A stretch of 64,000 nucleotides of DNA from Acidobacteriota bacterium (GTDB taxonomy: Bacteria; Acidobacteriota; UBA6911), in the NCBI GenBank assembly GCA_963664705.1, contig OY761556.1:6592001-6656000 (forward strand), read 5' to 3'. A model generated the notes under the pieces. That model ran no database searches and was not told the DNA's origin. It saw only the letters and a program-made list of their open reading frames with translations. Below are positions 8,836 through 17,700 of this stretch, piece by piece. The position numbers were made by a program, and so were the translations under genes. Position 1 is the stretch's first letter; the number at the start of each line of letters is the position of its first letter.

Positions 8836-9654
8836 ATGATCAATAACACCAACCTTTCTCACTGGAACAGACTCCAAGCGAAGAGCCTTGACGCTCAATT
8901 TGTTAATGAGATGATTACCGGCCTTAACTGCTCTCCTTTCGAGGCGGAAGCTATTGTAGAGAAAGTTCATGAGGTTTACGTGCCGCTGTTTCAGACGGCG
9001 CAGGGACTTAAGCCGGGTCAGATTCAAGTGGCCGTGATCGATGCTTCGGTAGCGCCTAATGTGCCACTGGCAAAAGCCAAGCAGAGACTGGTAACCCTGA
9101 CCCTTCATGCAGGTACCGAAGATATCGAGACTCGAAAAAGGGGATCCGTACCAGCTCTTCGTCAGAAACGATTGTGCCGCATGTGCCAAGAAGCATTTCA
9201 GCAAGGGGGATTGTTGACCTTGGAGGATTTGGCCAATCTGTTCAATTGCGGCGTCCGCACTCTGGTGAACGACCTGGCGGCCTTGCGCAAACAGAGCATT
9301 GTGCCTCCTCTGCGCTCTACGACCAAGGATATGGGCCGCGCCATCACCCATCGCCAACTGATTATCACGCTCTGGATGCAAGGGCTTGAGTACTCCGAAA
9401 TCGCCCGTAAGACCAATCACACCATCGACTCCGTAGCCAACTACGTGGATAAGTTTAAACGCTGTGCAGCCCTGTTTGTTTCTGGATTTGACGTGGATAC
9501 AGTTGCTCTGATGGTAAAGCTTTCAACGCCTCTGACCAAGGAATTTCAGCGTATCCACTCCGCTTGCCACGGGACTCCTCACCGTCTTCGGGAATTGGAA
9601 GATTTCCTCAAAAAAAACCGCATACCAAGCCTGCGCGGGAGGAAACGGTCATGA
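8836..9654 (+). CDS. DUF1670-like protein A
   Basis: EAFQQGGLLTLEDLANL, DMGRAITHRQLII, TNHTIDSVANYVDKFKR. ATG 8836 with GAAGG RBS is preferred over GTG 8677, which would translate the hairpin. Confidence 0.8.
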   Translation: MINNTNLSHWNRLQAKSLDAQFVNEMITGLNCSPFEAEAIVEKVHEVYVPLFQTAQGLKPGQIQVAVIDASVAPNVPLAKAKQRLVTLTLHAGTEDIETRKRGSVPALRQKRLCRMCQEAFQQGGLLTLEDLANLFNCGVRTLVNDLAALRKQSIVPPLRSTTKDMGRAITHRQLIITLWMQGLEYSEIARKTNHTIDSVANYVDKFKRCAALFVSGFDVDTVALMVKLSTPLTKEFQRIHSACHGTPHRLRELEDFLKKNRIPSLRGRKRS

Positions 9655-10436
9655 TTGCCCAATCTGAGGCTCAAAAACAATTCGGCTCTGCGCGGAAGCG
9701 CTTCCTGCAGTCTTCTATTGAAAATTTTCTGGACCAGGAGTTCCCTCGCACCTTCGGACCAGTAATTCGCGAGAAAATGGCAGAAAAGATTGTGGCGCTT
9801 GTCGACCAACAACTACCTCCCAAGGATCATCTGCGCCCTGGACAGTGTGTTTGGAATGCCGTATCCATTGCGACCCGGCCTGACAGCCCCAACTGTCGTC
9901 TTGTCCCCATAGTCTTGACGCTTGTGGATTCTTCGGATGCCGAGCAACTGGCTCGCGGAACACCCATGTCCAGAATCGCCCAAACGTCCATCGCTCGGAT
10001 TTGCCGTGAAGCCTTTGAACAAGGAGCCTTGCTCTCGATGCGCGATATTGGCCTCTTAGTCTGGCGAGATAACGCCCACATCTCGCAGGTCCGGAAAAAG
10101 TGGGAGGCTGAACAGCAAACATCGTTGCCTCATGTCGGAACTATTCAAGATTTCGGCTCATGCATCACTCATAAGTCGGTCATTGTGCGCAAGGTTGTTT
10201 ATGAAGGGAAAGATCCCCGTCGTGCTGCAGATGAAACCAAGCACTCGCAGAGAGCCGTCGATCGTTACCTAAAAGACTTTCATCGAGTAAGAACGTGCTT
10301 CGAACATATCCAAGATGTTGAATTCGTTATCAAAACAACAGGTCTATCCAGGCAGCTGGTAAACCAATATGTCAGAATCATCATGGAAAATGAGAAAACG
10401 TTTCCTAAAGAGAACTTGACAGGCAAGATTGCTTAA
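9651..10436 (+). CDS. DUF1670-like protein B (paralogue of A)
   Basis: EAFEQGALLSMRDIGLL, DFGSCITHKSVIV, TKHSQRAVDRYLKDFHRV. ATGA overlap with A and a GGAGG RBS. Confidence 0.8.
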   Translation: MIAQSEAQKQFGSARKRFLQSSIENFLDQEFPRTFGPVIREKMAEKIVALVDQQLPPKDHLRPGQCVWNAVSIATRPDSPNCRLVPIVLTLVDSSDAEQLARGTPMSRIAQTSIARICREAFEQGALLSMRDIGLLVWRDNAHISQVRKKWEAEQQTSLPHVGTIQDFGSCITHKSVIVRKVVYEGKDPRRAADETKHSQRAVDRYLKDFHRVRTCFEHIQDVEFVIKTTGLSRQLVNQYVRIIMENEKTFPKENLTGKIA

Positions 10437-10524
10437 ACTCTGGCGCTCGGTATTTGGCTTACGGATCCAAATCCTGTGTAAAGATCCGTTGGATTCGCCA
10501 CACCAGGAAAGCAGGCGGGTGCCC

Positions 10525-11028
10525 ATGAAAAACGATGTTCTTCAGCAGCGTCGCATAGAAGCGAATATCATCCAGGCTTTATACGAGGAGCTGTCCAGGG
10601 AGATTGGCGAGGAACGGGCTCTGACGCTCATCGCGACTGCGGTCGGGAAGCAGGCCTTTCAAAAAGGAAGAGACCTGCGCACACTGCATCCTTCCGGCGA
10701 TTTATCGGTTCTTGCGGAGTTGTGGCGGAACCTTGGGGATGGCGGTGCCCTGGATATCGAATTCATTCAACAGAGCGCGGATTGCCTTCAGTTTCGCGTG
10801 AATCGTTGCGGGTATGCGGAAGCTTATGCCGAAATGGGGATCAGCCCCAGGCTTGGAGCGGTCTTGAGTTGCTCGCGGGACGAAGCTTTGCTCAGAGGTT
10901 TCTCGGAGCAAATATCCTTCGAATGCTCGAGGACTATCATGGATGGGTCGGGATTCTGCCAGTTCACGTACAGGAAACAGCCGTTGCCGTCCGACGACGG
11001 CAATGCAGTGCCTCCGCGAAATGACTAG
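10525..11028 (+). CDS. L-2-amino-thiazoline-4-carboxylic acid hydrolase-like protein
   Basis: LQQRRIEA, FRVNRCGYAEAY, LSCSRDEAL, RTIMDGSGFCQFTY. Start at MKNDV (10525). Confidence 0.75.
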   Translation: MKNDVLQQRRIEANIIQALYEELSREIGEERALTLIATAVGKQAFQKGRDLRTLHPSGDLSVLAELWRNLGDGGALDIEFIQQSADCLQFRVNRCGYAEAYAEMGISPRLGAVLSCSRDEALLRGFSEQISFECSRTIMDGSGFCQFTYRKQPLPSDDGNAVPPRND

Positions 11029-11224
11029 CCGTCTTGCACCGCCGAGATCTAAATAATCGATAAACACCTAATCTCGTCGATTCTTCGAATTCATTCCGCT
11101 ACAATAGCCCCAAATTTCATGTTGGTTTTGATTATTGCAACGGCCGTCGGGCCGAGCATTACTCCTCGAGACCGACGACATTTCTGCCATTGTATTTCTG
11201 AAACCTCTGAGGAGGCCATTCGAT

Positions 11225-12457
11225 ATGAAGAACAATGACGCCCCGGCATCTTCTTACCGCTGGGTCATTCTTGTCGTCAGCATGCTGGCAGGATTCATCG
11301 GCAGTTATGCGCAGTTTCAGCTTCCCCCCCTGGCATACAAAATCATGCCGGCTTTGAACATTAACACGTCCGATTTTGCACTGCTGATGGGCGGGCCATT
11401 GACCGGCTCTCTGTTCATCTGCCTGATCGGTGGAAGCCTGGCGGACCGCTATGGCGTGAAAAATGTCGTCACGATAGGTCTTGTTCTTGCCGTGATTGGC
11501 TGCACCTTCCGATATGCGGTTACCTCTTTCTGGCCCTTTTTCTTCCTGACTATTCTGGCCGGCCTGGCTTCGGGTCTGCTGGTGGCAAACATCTCCAAGC
11601 TGTTTGGCGCCTGGTTTGCACCGGAGCAGATGGGAACGCTGATGGGCTCCTATATGGTCAGCCCTATGCTTGCCGGGACCATGGCTACCGCTACGACCGC
11701 ATTTTTCCCGTCGGAAAAGAGCGCCTTCATTTTTTCCGGCGTGGTTTGTTTCGTCATTCTCATCCTATGGCTCATTTTTGCCAAAAATAAGCCGGAAGGA
11801 GCCCCTGATTTGCCGAGCCTTCCCGTAACCCGGTACATTGGGAAAGCGGCTCGAAGCCGGGCGATCTGGCTGGCCGGTTTATGTTCGCTGTTTGTGATGG
11901 GTTCCATGATGACCTTCACGGGATTTCTTCCGAATGTGCTGGGAGAAAAGCCGGGTATCAGCCGACAGCTGGCGGGCTTCTGGGGGTCTCTGCCGAACCT
12001 CGGCGGCATTTTCGGCTCCTTTCTCGGCCCTATCATCTGCAAGCGCCTGGGCGTGATGAAGCCCTACCTGATTGCCGTCAGCCTGCTGGGTGCGGTTGTC
12101 ACATTCTGGTCCTGGCAACTCCCCGTGGGAGCGACGAGCTTTGTCTCCCTGATGCTTGCGGGAGCGCTGCAGAGCGCTATGCTGCCGCTGCTGCTTTCTC
12201 TTCCCGTGCTTCTGCCGGAGATTGGACCGGCCTATGCGGGGAGTGCCGGCGGCATCGTTACCACGCTGCAGGTGCTTGGAGGGATCCTGGTTCCCTCTTA
12301 TATCATCACCCGCCTGGCCGGGCCGAGCACCACAATTCTGTTCGGGCTGGCGGCAGTTTGCTGTGCGCTGATTGCAGTCCCGGCTTTATTTCTTCCCGAA
12401 CTTGGATCCAAAGCCCTGGCTGCAAAGGCTGGACAGGCAAAAGCGGCCGCTCATTAG
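11225..12457 (+). CDS. MFS transporter (CynX/NimT-like)
   Basis: About 12 hydrophobic segments, motif A GSLADRYGVK, GGAGG RBS before ATG 11225. Confidence 0.88.
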   Translation: MKNNDAPASSYRWVILVVSMLAGFIGSYAQFQLPPLAYKIMPALNINTSDFALLMGGPLTGSLFICLIGGSLADRYGVKNVVTIGLVLAVIGCTFRYAVTSFWPFFFLTILAGLASGLLVANISKLFGAWFAPEQMGTLMGSYMVSPMLAGTMATATTAFFPSEKSAFIFSGVVCFVILILWLIFAKNKPEGAPDLPSLPVTRYIGKAARSRAIWLAGLCSLFVMGSMMTFTGFLPNVLGEKPGISRQLAGFWGSLPNLGGIFGSFLGPIICKRLGVMKPYLIAVSLLGAVVTFWSWQLPVGATSFVSLMLAGALQSAMLPLLLSLPVLLPEIGPAYAGSAGGIVTTLQVLGGILVPSYIITRLAGPSTTILFGLAAVCCALIAVPALFLPELGSKALAAKAGQAKAAAH

Positions 12458-12498
12458 ACTACTGGGCGACCACTCGAGCAAATCAATATACGAAGGAA

Positions 12499-12575
12499 TG
12501 CTTTGTGCAATTCGTGAAATTTGTGGCTGATTGGCAGCTCTTTTCGGCCACGAATTTCCCGAATTGCACAAAGCA
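12499..12575. repeat. REP-like inverted repeat (ATTCGTG(A/G)AATTCGTGGC family)
   Basis: 32-bp arms with 3 mismatches: tgctttgtgcaattcgtgaaatttgtggctga / tcggccacgaatttcccgaattgcacaaagca. Confidence 0.85.
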
Positions 12576-12672
12576 GTCGTTGGAACGCCCAGCCAAAGAC
12601 AGCTTCCCGCTTTTTTTACAAAACTTTACACACGAAAAGATAAGCCACAGGTAATACTTGGACGAGAAGAAG

Positions 12673-12725
12673 TAAGTGAGTACACGCTTAGATGCTTGAC
12701 AAATGAGTGAGTGCTCACTTAGAAT
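12673..12725 (+). promoter_or_regulatory. Sigma70-type promoter with TetR-type operator
   Basis: TTGACA (12696-12701), 18-nt spacer, TAGAAT (12720-12725). Palindrome AGTGAG-TG-CTCACT (12706-12719) lies in the spacer, with a degenerate copy TAAGTGAGTACACGCTTA upstream. Confidence 0.7.
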
Positions 12726-12735
12726 GTGCGACCTT

Positions 12736-13431
12736 ATGACGAATGAAACTACATCCCACACCCGAATGTCCGCTGCCGACCGGCAGCGTCAGTTGCTTGA
12801 AGTTGCGACCGGGGCTTTCTCCCGCCGCGGCTTCAAAGGCACCACTACCAAGGAAATCGCGGCGGCTGCCGGTGTAGCCGAAGCGGTTATTTTCCAGCAT
12901 TTCCCGTCCAAGGAGGCGCTTTACAGCGCTGTATTGGAATCTCATCTGGAACCCGCTGATGAACAGAAGTGGATGCAGGAAATCAGCGATTGCATGGAGC
13001 GCAACGATGATGAAGGGTTGTTTCGCTCGTTCATCCTTCGGATCCTTTTCTCCTATCGGCATGATCCGATGATCAATCGCGTGATCCTTTTCGCGGCCCT
13101 GGAAGGGCATGAGCAAGGCTTGGCTCGTATGCGAAAGCAGTTTACTCCGGTCTTCGAGCGGTTCCTGGAGTATATCGAGCGCAGGCAGCGGGAGGGAGCG
13201 CTTCTGTCTTGCGACCCGCAGGCCGTCATGATCAGCCTGGGCGGAGTGGCCCATCAATATGGGCTGATAACACAGATTTTCCGTGCGCCGATCCCCGAGA
13301 TCAGCGACGAGGAAATGGCTCGATCTTTTACGCGCATATTGCTGAGCGGTTTGCAGGCGCCGGCCCCTGCCGACGAAGCAAAGAACGACCATGCGCAGAA
13401 AAACATAGGCAACAGAAAGGCGAAGAAATAG
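12736..13431 (+). CDS. TetR/AcrR family transcriptional regulator
   Basis: HTH: GFKGTTTKEIAAAAGVAEAVIFQHFPSKEALY. Confidence 0.95.
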   Translation: MTNETTSHTRMSAADRQRQLLEVATGAFSRRGFKGTTTKEIAAAAGVAEAVIFQHFPSKEALYSAVLESHLEPADEQKWMQEISDCMERNDDEGLFRSFILRILFSYRHDPMINRVILFAALEGHEQGLARMRKQFTPVFERFLEYIERRQREGALLSCDPQAVMISLGGVAHQYGLITQIFRAPIPEISDEEMARSFTRILLSGLQAPAPADEAKNDHAQKNIGNRKAKK

Positions 13432-13433
13432 AA

Positions 13434-14714
13434 ATGTCCCGATTCAGTGCAATTTTGTCCCTTGTTACCCTGTTCCTGTCGGCTTGTGCTCCTCCGAAGG
13501 GAGGCCCTGCCAAAAAAGAGAATGCTTCCAGCGAAAAGGTGGCTTATGCCACGGCACAATCGTTGGTTCGGGATGTTCCAGTTTCCTTCCAGGCCACGGG
13601 CGCATTCATTGCCGAAGACACCTCCGATGTGGCTCCGGCCATTGGTGGAAGGGTTGCCTCGACTCCGGTGGAGATTGGCGATTTTGTGAAAAAGAGTCAA
13701 TCCATCTGTGTTCTGGAACAGCGTGAAGCCCAGCTGCGCGTCGACCAGGCGAGGGCCGGCCGGGAGCAGGCCAGGTTTGTATTCAATCAGGCGCAATCGA
13801 GAGTTGGGTGGAGCGGCAGCGGGGAGTTTAACCCTGATCTGGTTCCTGAAGTGGCATCGGCGCAGGCCGCCTACGAATCCGCCCAGGCAACCGCCAGGCT
13901 TGCGGCGGCGGACGCGCAGCGGTATGCCAATCTCGTAAAGAGCGGGGACGTTTCCCAAAGCAGCTACGAGAAATTCAAGACGCAGCAACAGACTGCAGAG
14001 TCGGCGGCAAATTCCGCGCGGAAGCAGTATGAAGCGCAGGTTAACAATGCCCGCCAGAACTTTCGCGCCATTGAGGCCGCCCAGGCTTCCCTGGCAGCGG
14101 CGGAATCGCAGTTGGCGCAGGCCGAGAAGAACCTGGCGGACACGACCGTCCGGGCTCCCTTCGATGGATTTGTTACGGAGCGACCGGTATCGGCAGGGCA
14201 ATGGGTAGGAACCAATAACAAAGTTGCAACGGTGGTGCGCATATCCACGGTACGGCTTCAGTTGAAAGTGCCTGAACAGAGGGCGGCCGATGTCAAAACG
14301 GGAATGATGGTAACGGCTCGCGTTGCCGCCTATCCGAATCGGGATTTCACCGGGAAGGTGAATGCCGTGGTCCCATCCATTGATTCCAGCTCGCGCGCGT
14401 TCATGGTTGAAGCCAGGTTTGAAAATCCCAAGGCTGAGCTGCGTCCGGGCATGTTTGCCAATGCGAAGGTAATGATGCCGGGACTGGAGCCGGGCGTTTT
14501 TGTTCCTGCCCGGGCTGTTTTCTATGACAGCACGACGGATGCGAATCACATTTATACCGTAGCCAACGGCGTTGCTCATCTGAACGTGGTGCAGAAGGGC
14601 GATACCGAAGGCGATTCGATACGGGTTCTCACCGGGCTTGCGGGGAATGAGACGGTGGTCACCGATAACCAGGGCAGTCTGTACGACGGTGCCTCCATCG
14701 CTACTCGTCAGTAA
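13434..14714 (+). CDS. RND periplasmic adaptor subunit (lipoprotein)
   Basis: Lipobox LSAC, VRAPFDGFV, LRPGMFA. Confidence 0.93.
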   Translation: MSRFSAILSLVTLFLSACAPPKGGPAKKENASSEKVAYATAQSLVRDVPVSFQATGAFIAEDTSDVAPAIGGRVASTPVEIGDFVKKSQSICVLEQREAQLRVDQARAGREQARFVFNQAQSRVGWSGSGEFNPDLVPEVASAQAAYESAQATARLAAADAQRYANLVKSGDVSQSSYEKFKTQQQTAESAANSARKQYEAQVNNARQNFRAIEAAQASLAAAESQLAQAEKNLADTTVRAPFDGFVTERPVSAGQWVGTNNKVATVVRISTVRLQLKVPEQRAADVKTGMMVTARVAAYPNRDFTGKVNAVVPSIDSSSRAFMVEARFENPKAELRPGMFANAKVMMPGLEPGVFVPARAVFYDSTTDANHIYTVANGVAHLNVVQKGDTEGDSIRVLTGLAGNETVVTDNQGSLYDGASIATRQ

Positions 14715-14730
14715 CGGAAAGGGTTTTTCA

Positions 14731-17700
14731 ATGCACGCATTAGCAAGACTCTGCATCAAGCGCCCCGTTTTCGCGACCATGTTGATGTTGTCGTTCATCG
14801 TCGCCGGCATCTTTACCTACTCGTCGCTGGGCGTAGACCGCATGCCGAACATCGATGCCCCGATGGTTACGGTGACAACGGTGAATCTCGGTGCCTCCCC
14901 GGAGGAAATTGAAACCGAAATTACCAAGAAGATTGAGGATGCCGTCAACAGCATCAACGGATTGGATGAAATCAGTTCCACGTCATCGGAAGGAATGTCC
15001 ATCGTCCGGATCGAATTCGATCTGTCCAAAAGCGGAATCGTTGCGGCTGAGGAAGTCCAGAACAAGATTAATCAGATTGTAAACCAGCTCCCTTCGAGCG
15101 CCGAGGTCCCGGTTGTTTCGAAGATGGACCCTGACGCCGGTGCGGTTCTGCAGATAGCCGTATCCGCGCCGCGTTCCACGCGTGATGTCACGATGATTGC
15201 CGACAAGCTGATCAAGCAGAGACTCGAGAACTGCGAGGGCGTCGGACAGGTTCAGATTCAGGGTGGCGCTGAACGCGAAATCCACATTGTCGTCAACCCC
15301 GAGCGTTTACGTGCGTACAACCTCACCGTTACGGACGTCTTCAATGCTCTCCGGACGCAGAATATGGAGATGCCCGGAGGAAGCGTCAAGACGGGCGCCA
15401 GGGATCTGACGATCCGCACCTCGGGGAAAATAAAGGATCCCGTTGATTTCAATAATATTGCCGTTGCTTCCCGGAATGGATACCAGGTCAAAGTCAGCGA
15501 TATCGGATATGCGCAGGACAGCACCAAGGAACCGACAACCGCGGTCCGGTTGGATGGAGTGCCGGCGGTTCAGCTGGCCATTTCCAAACAATCCGGGACG
15601 AATACGGTTGAAGTTGTGAAGGCCGTAAAAGCGCGGCTCGAACAGATCAAAGAAACGCTGCCCAAGGATATCAAGATCCAGGTGATCAACGACGGTTCGG
15701 TTTTTATCGAAGCCGCGATCAACGGCATCCGCGATCACCTGCTGGAAGGAAGCCTGCTTGCCGCCATCGTGCTGTTCTTCTTCCTGGCCAACTGGCGCAC
15801 AACCGTGATTGCTGCCATCGCGATCCCGGTTTCGATCATCTCTTCGTTCTCGCTCATGGCGATCATGCATTACACCATGAATCAGATTACGATGCTTTCC
15901 CTTACCCTGATGGTCGGCGTGGTGGTCGACGATGCCATTATTGTGCTCGAGAACATATACCGGTATATCGAGGAGAAGGGCATGGGGCCGTTTGAGGCGG
16001 CCGTCCATGGAACCAAGGAAATCGGGCTTGCGGTCTTGGCTACAACGGTATCGCTTCTGGCTGTGTTCCTTCCCGTGGGATTCATGGGGGGAATGGCGGG
16101 GAAATTTCTGAGCGCTTTCGGGTTTACCTGCGCGGGAGCGGTGATCATATCCCTGTTGGTGTCCTTTACATTGACCCCGATGCTCTGCTCTCGTTTCGTC
16201 CATCCGCCGGCCGGGAATTCGGGGCACAAATCGAAAGATTCGCGCTTTTTCCGCATGTTGGATACGACCTATACCAGGGCGCTGGTTTGGTCCATGGGAC
16301 ATCGCAAGATCATTGTCGCCGGGTGCCTCCTGGTTGTGCTCAGCATCATTCCGCTGTTCATGATGATTGGCAAAAACATGGTTCCCCGCGATGACCAGTC
16401 GCAATTCAACATCAGTATACGGTTGCCCGAGGGCAGTTCGCTGGCTGCGACAACCAAGTATTCCGAAGGTGTCGCTCGAACTATTCGCGTCCTTGACGGA
16501 GTGACCCACACCCTAACAACAATTGGCGGCAGTTCCAGCGGCGCCATCAACGAAGCCTCCATTTACGTCAAGCTGGTTGATATCAAAGACCGGGAGATGT
16601 CGTCCGAGGATCTGGCAACCAAGGCTCGCGGCATGCTCAGGAATCATCCGCCCAATATTTTTCTTTCCGTTGTCGCGGCAACCGGCATGGGCGGCGGTGG
16701 GCCGGGGATGTCCGATATTCAGTATTATCTGCAGGGACCGGATTTGAAAAAGCTCGGCGAATATTCGGATAAGCTGGTGGCTGAGGCCAAAAAACTTCCC
16801 AGCGTCGGCGATGTCGACACTTCCCTGAGAACGGGAAAGCCGGAAGTACGTCTCGATATCGACCGCCTGAAGGCAGCGGATCTCGGCGTTTCGGTGCAGG
16901 ATATCCAGCAGGCGCTCAACACCCTTGTTGCCGGGCAGACCGCCAGCACATTCAATGCAGGCGATGATCAATACGATGTTGTTGTCAGGGCGGAGAATCG
17001 GTTCCGAGGTTCGCTGGATGGACTGGATAAGCTGACGGTGGCTTCCACAAAAAATGGATCGGTTGGATTGAATGAGGTCGTGCGCAGAAGCATCAGTTCA
17101 GGACCCTCCTCCGTCAAGCGGCTGAACCGTCAGCGCATTGTGGAAATTACCGGCAACCTGATGCCGGGTGGATCCCAGTCCGCCGCCGTGTCCGAATTCA
17201 ACCGCATGATCGATAATCTGAACCTGGGTTCGGATTACAAAGGCGGAGCCACCGGCATGACCGGCGAGATGAACAAGATTTTCTATAACTTTGCGATCGC
17301 GTTTGCGCTGGCGTTCATCTTCATGTACATCGCGCTCGCCGCCCAGTTCGAGTCTTTTATCCATCCGGTTACCATTCTGATCACGCTTCCGCTGGCAATA
17401 CCCTTCGGTTTGTTCGCAATGCTGATCACCGGGCAGAGCATCAATATCTTTTCGGGACTGGGGCTCCTGCTGCTTTTCGGCATCGTGAAGAAGAACGCCA
17501 TTCTTCAGATCGACCACACCAACGGGTTGCGGGCAGCCGGGATGGGCCGCAATGAAGCGATCATTCAGGCCAACCGCGATCGTCTGCGGCCGATCCTGAT
17601 GACAACGCTTGCGCTTGTGTTCGGCATGGTGCCGCTTTTGCTGTCTCGCGGCGCCGGTTCAACAACGAACCATTCCATTGGTGTCATGGTCGCGGGCGGA

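Larger units (their letters stand above)
8624..10501 (+). mobile_element. Putative insertion element carrying two DUF1670-like genes
   Basis: Imperfect terminal IR GTGGTGAGTC (8624-8633) / GATTCGCCAC (10492-10501), 8/10 match. AC flanks both sides (8622-8623, 10502-10503). Each end has a 7-bp subterminal IR. Removing the element restores a 22-nt gap between two same-strand genes. Confidence 0.65.

Noticed and set aside
10416-10439. Outward-facing promoter TTGACA..TAAACT at the element's right end
   Set aside because: The spacer is only 12 nt, which does not fit sigma70 geometry.
10429-10524. TTG-started extension of the ATC-hydrolase-like ORF
   Set aside because: It spans the right end of the putative element. 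ATG 10525 fits the family N-terminus.
13254-16509. Long antisense ORFs 13254-14810 (518 aa) and 15307-16509 (400 aa)
   Set aside because: They are shadows of the RND adaptor and permease on the opposite strand, with no recognisable motifs. This is expected in GC-rich coding DNA.
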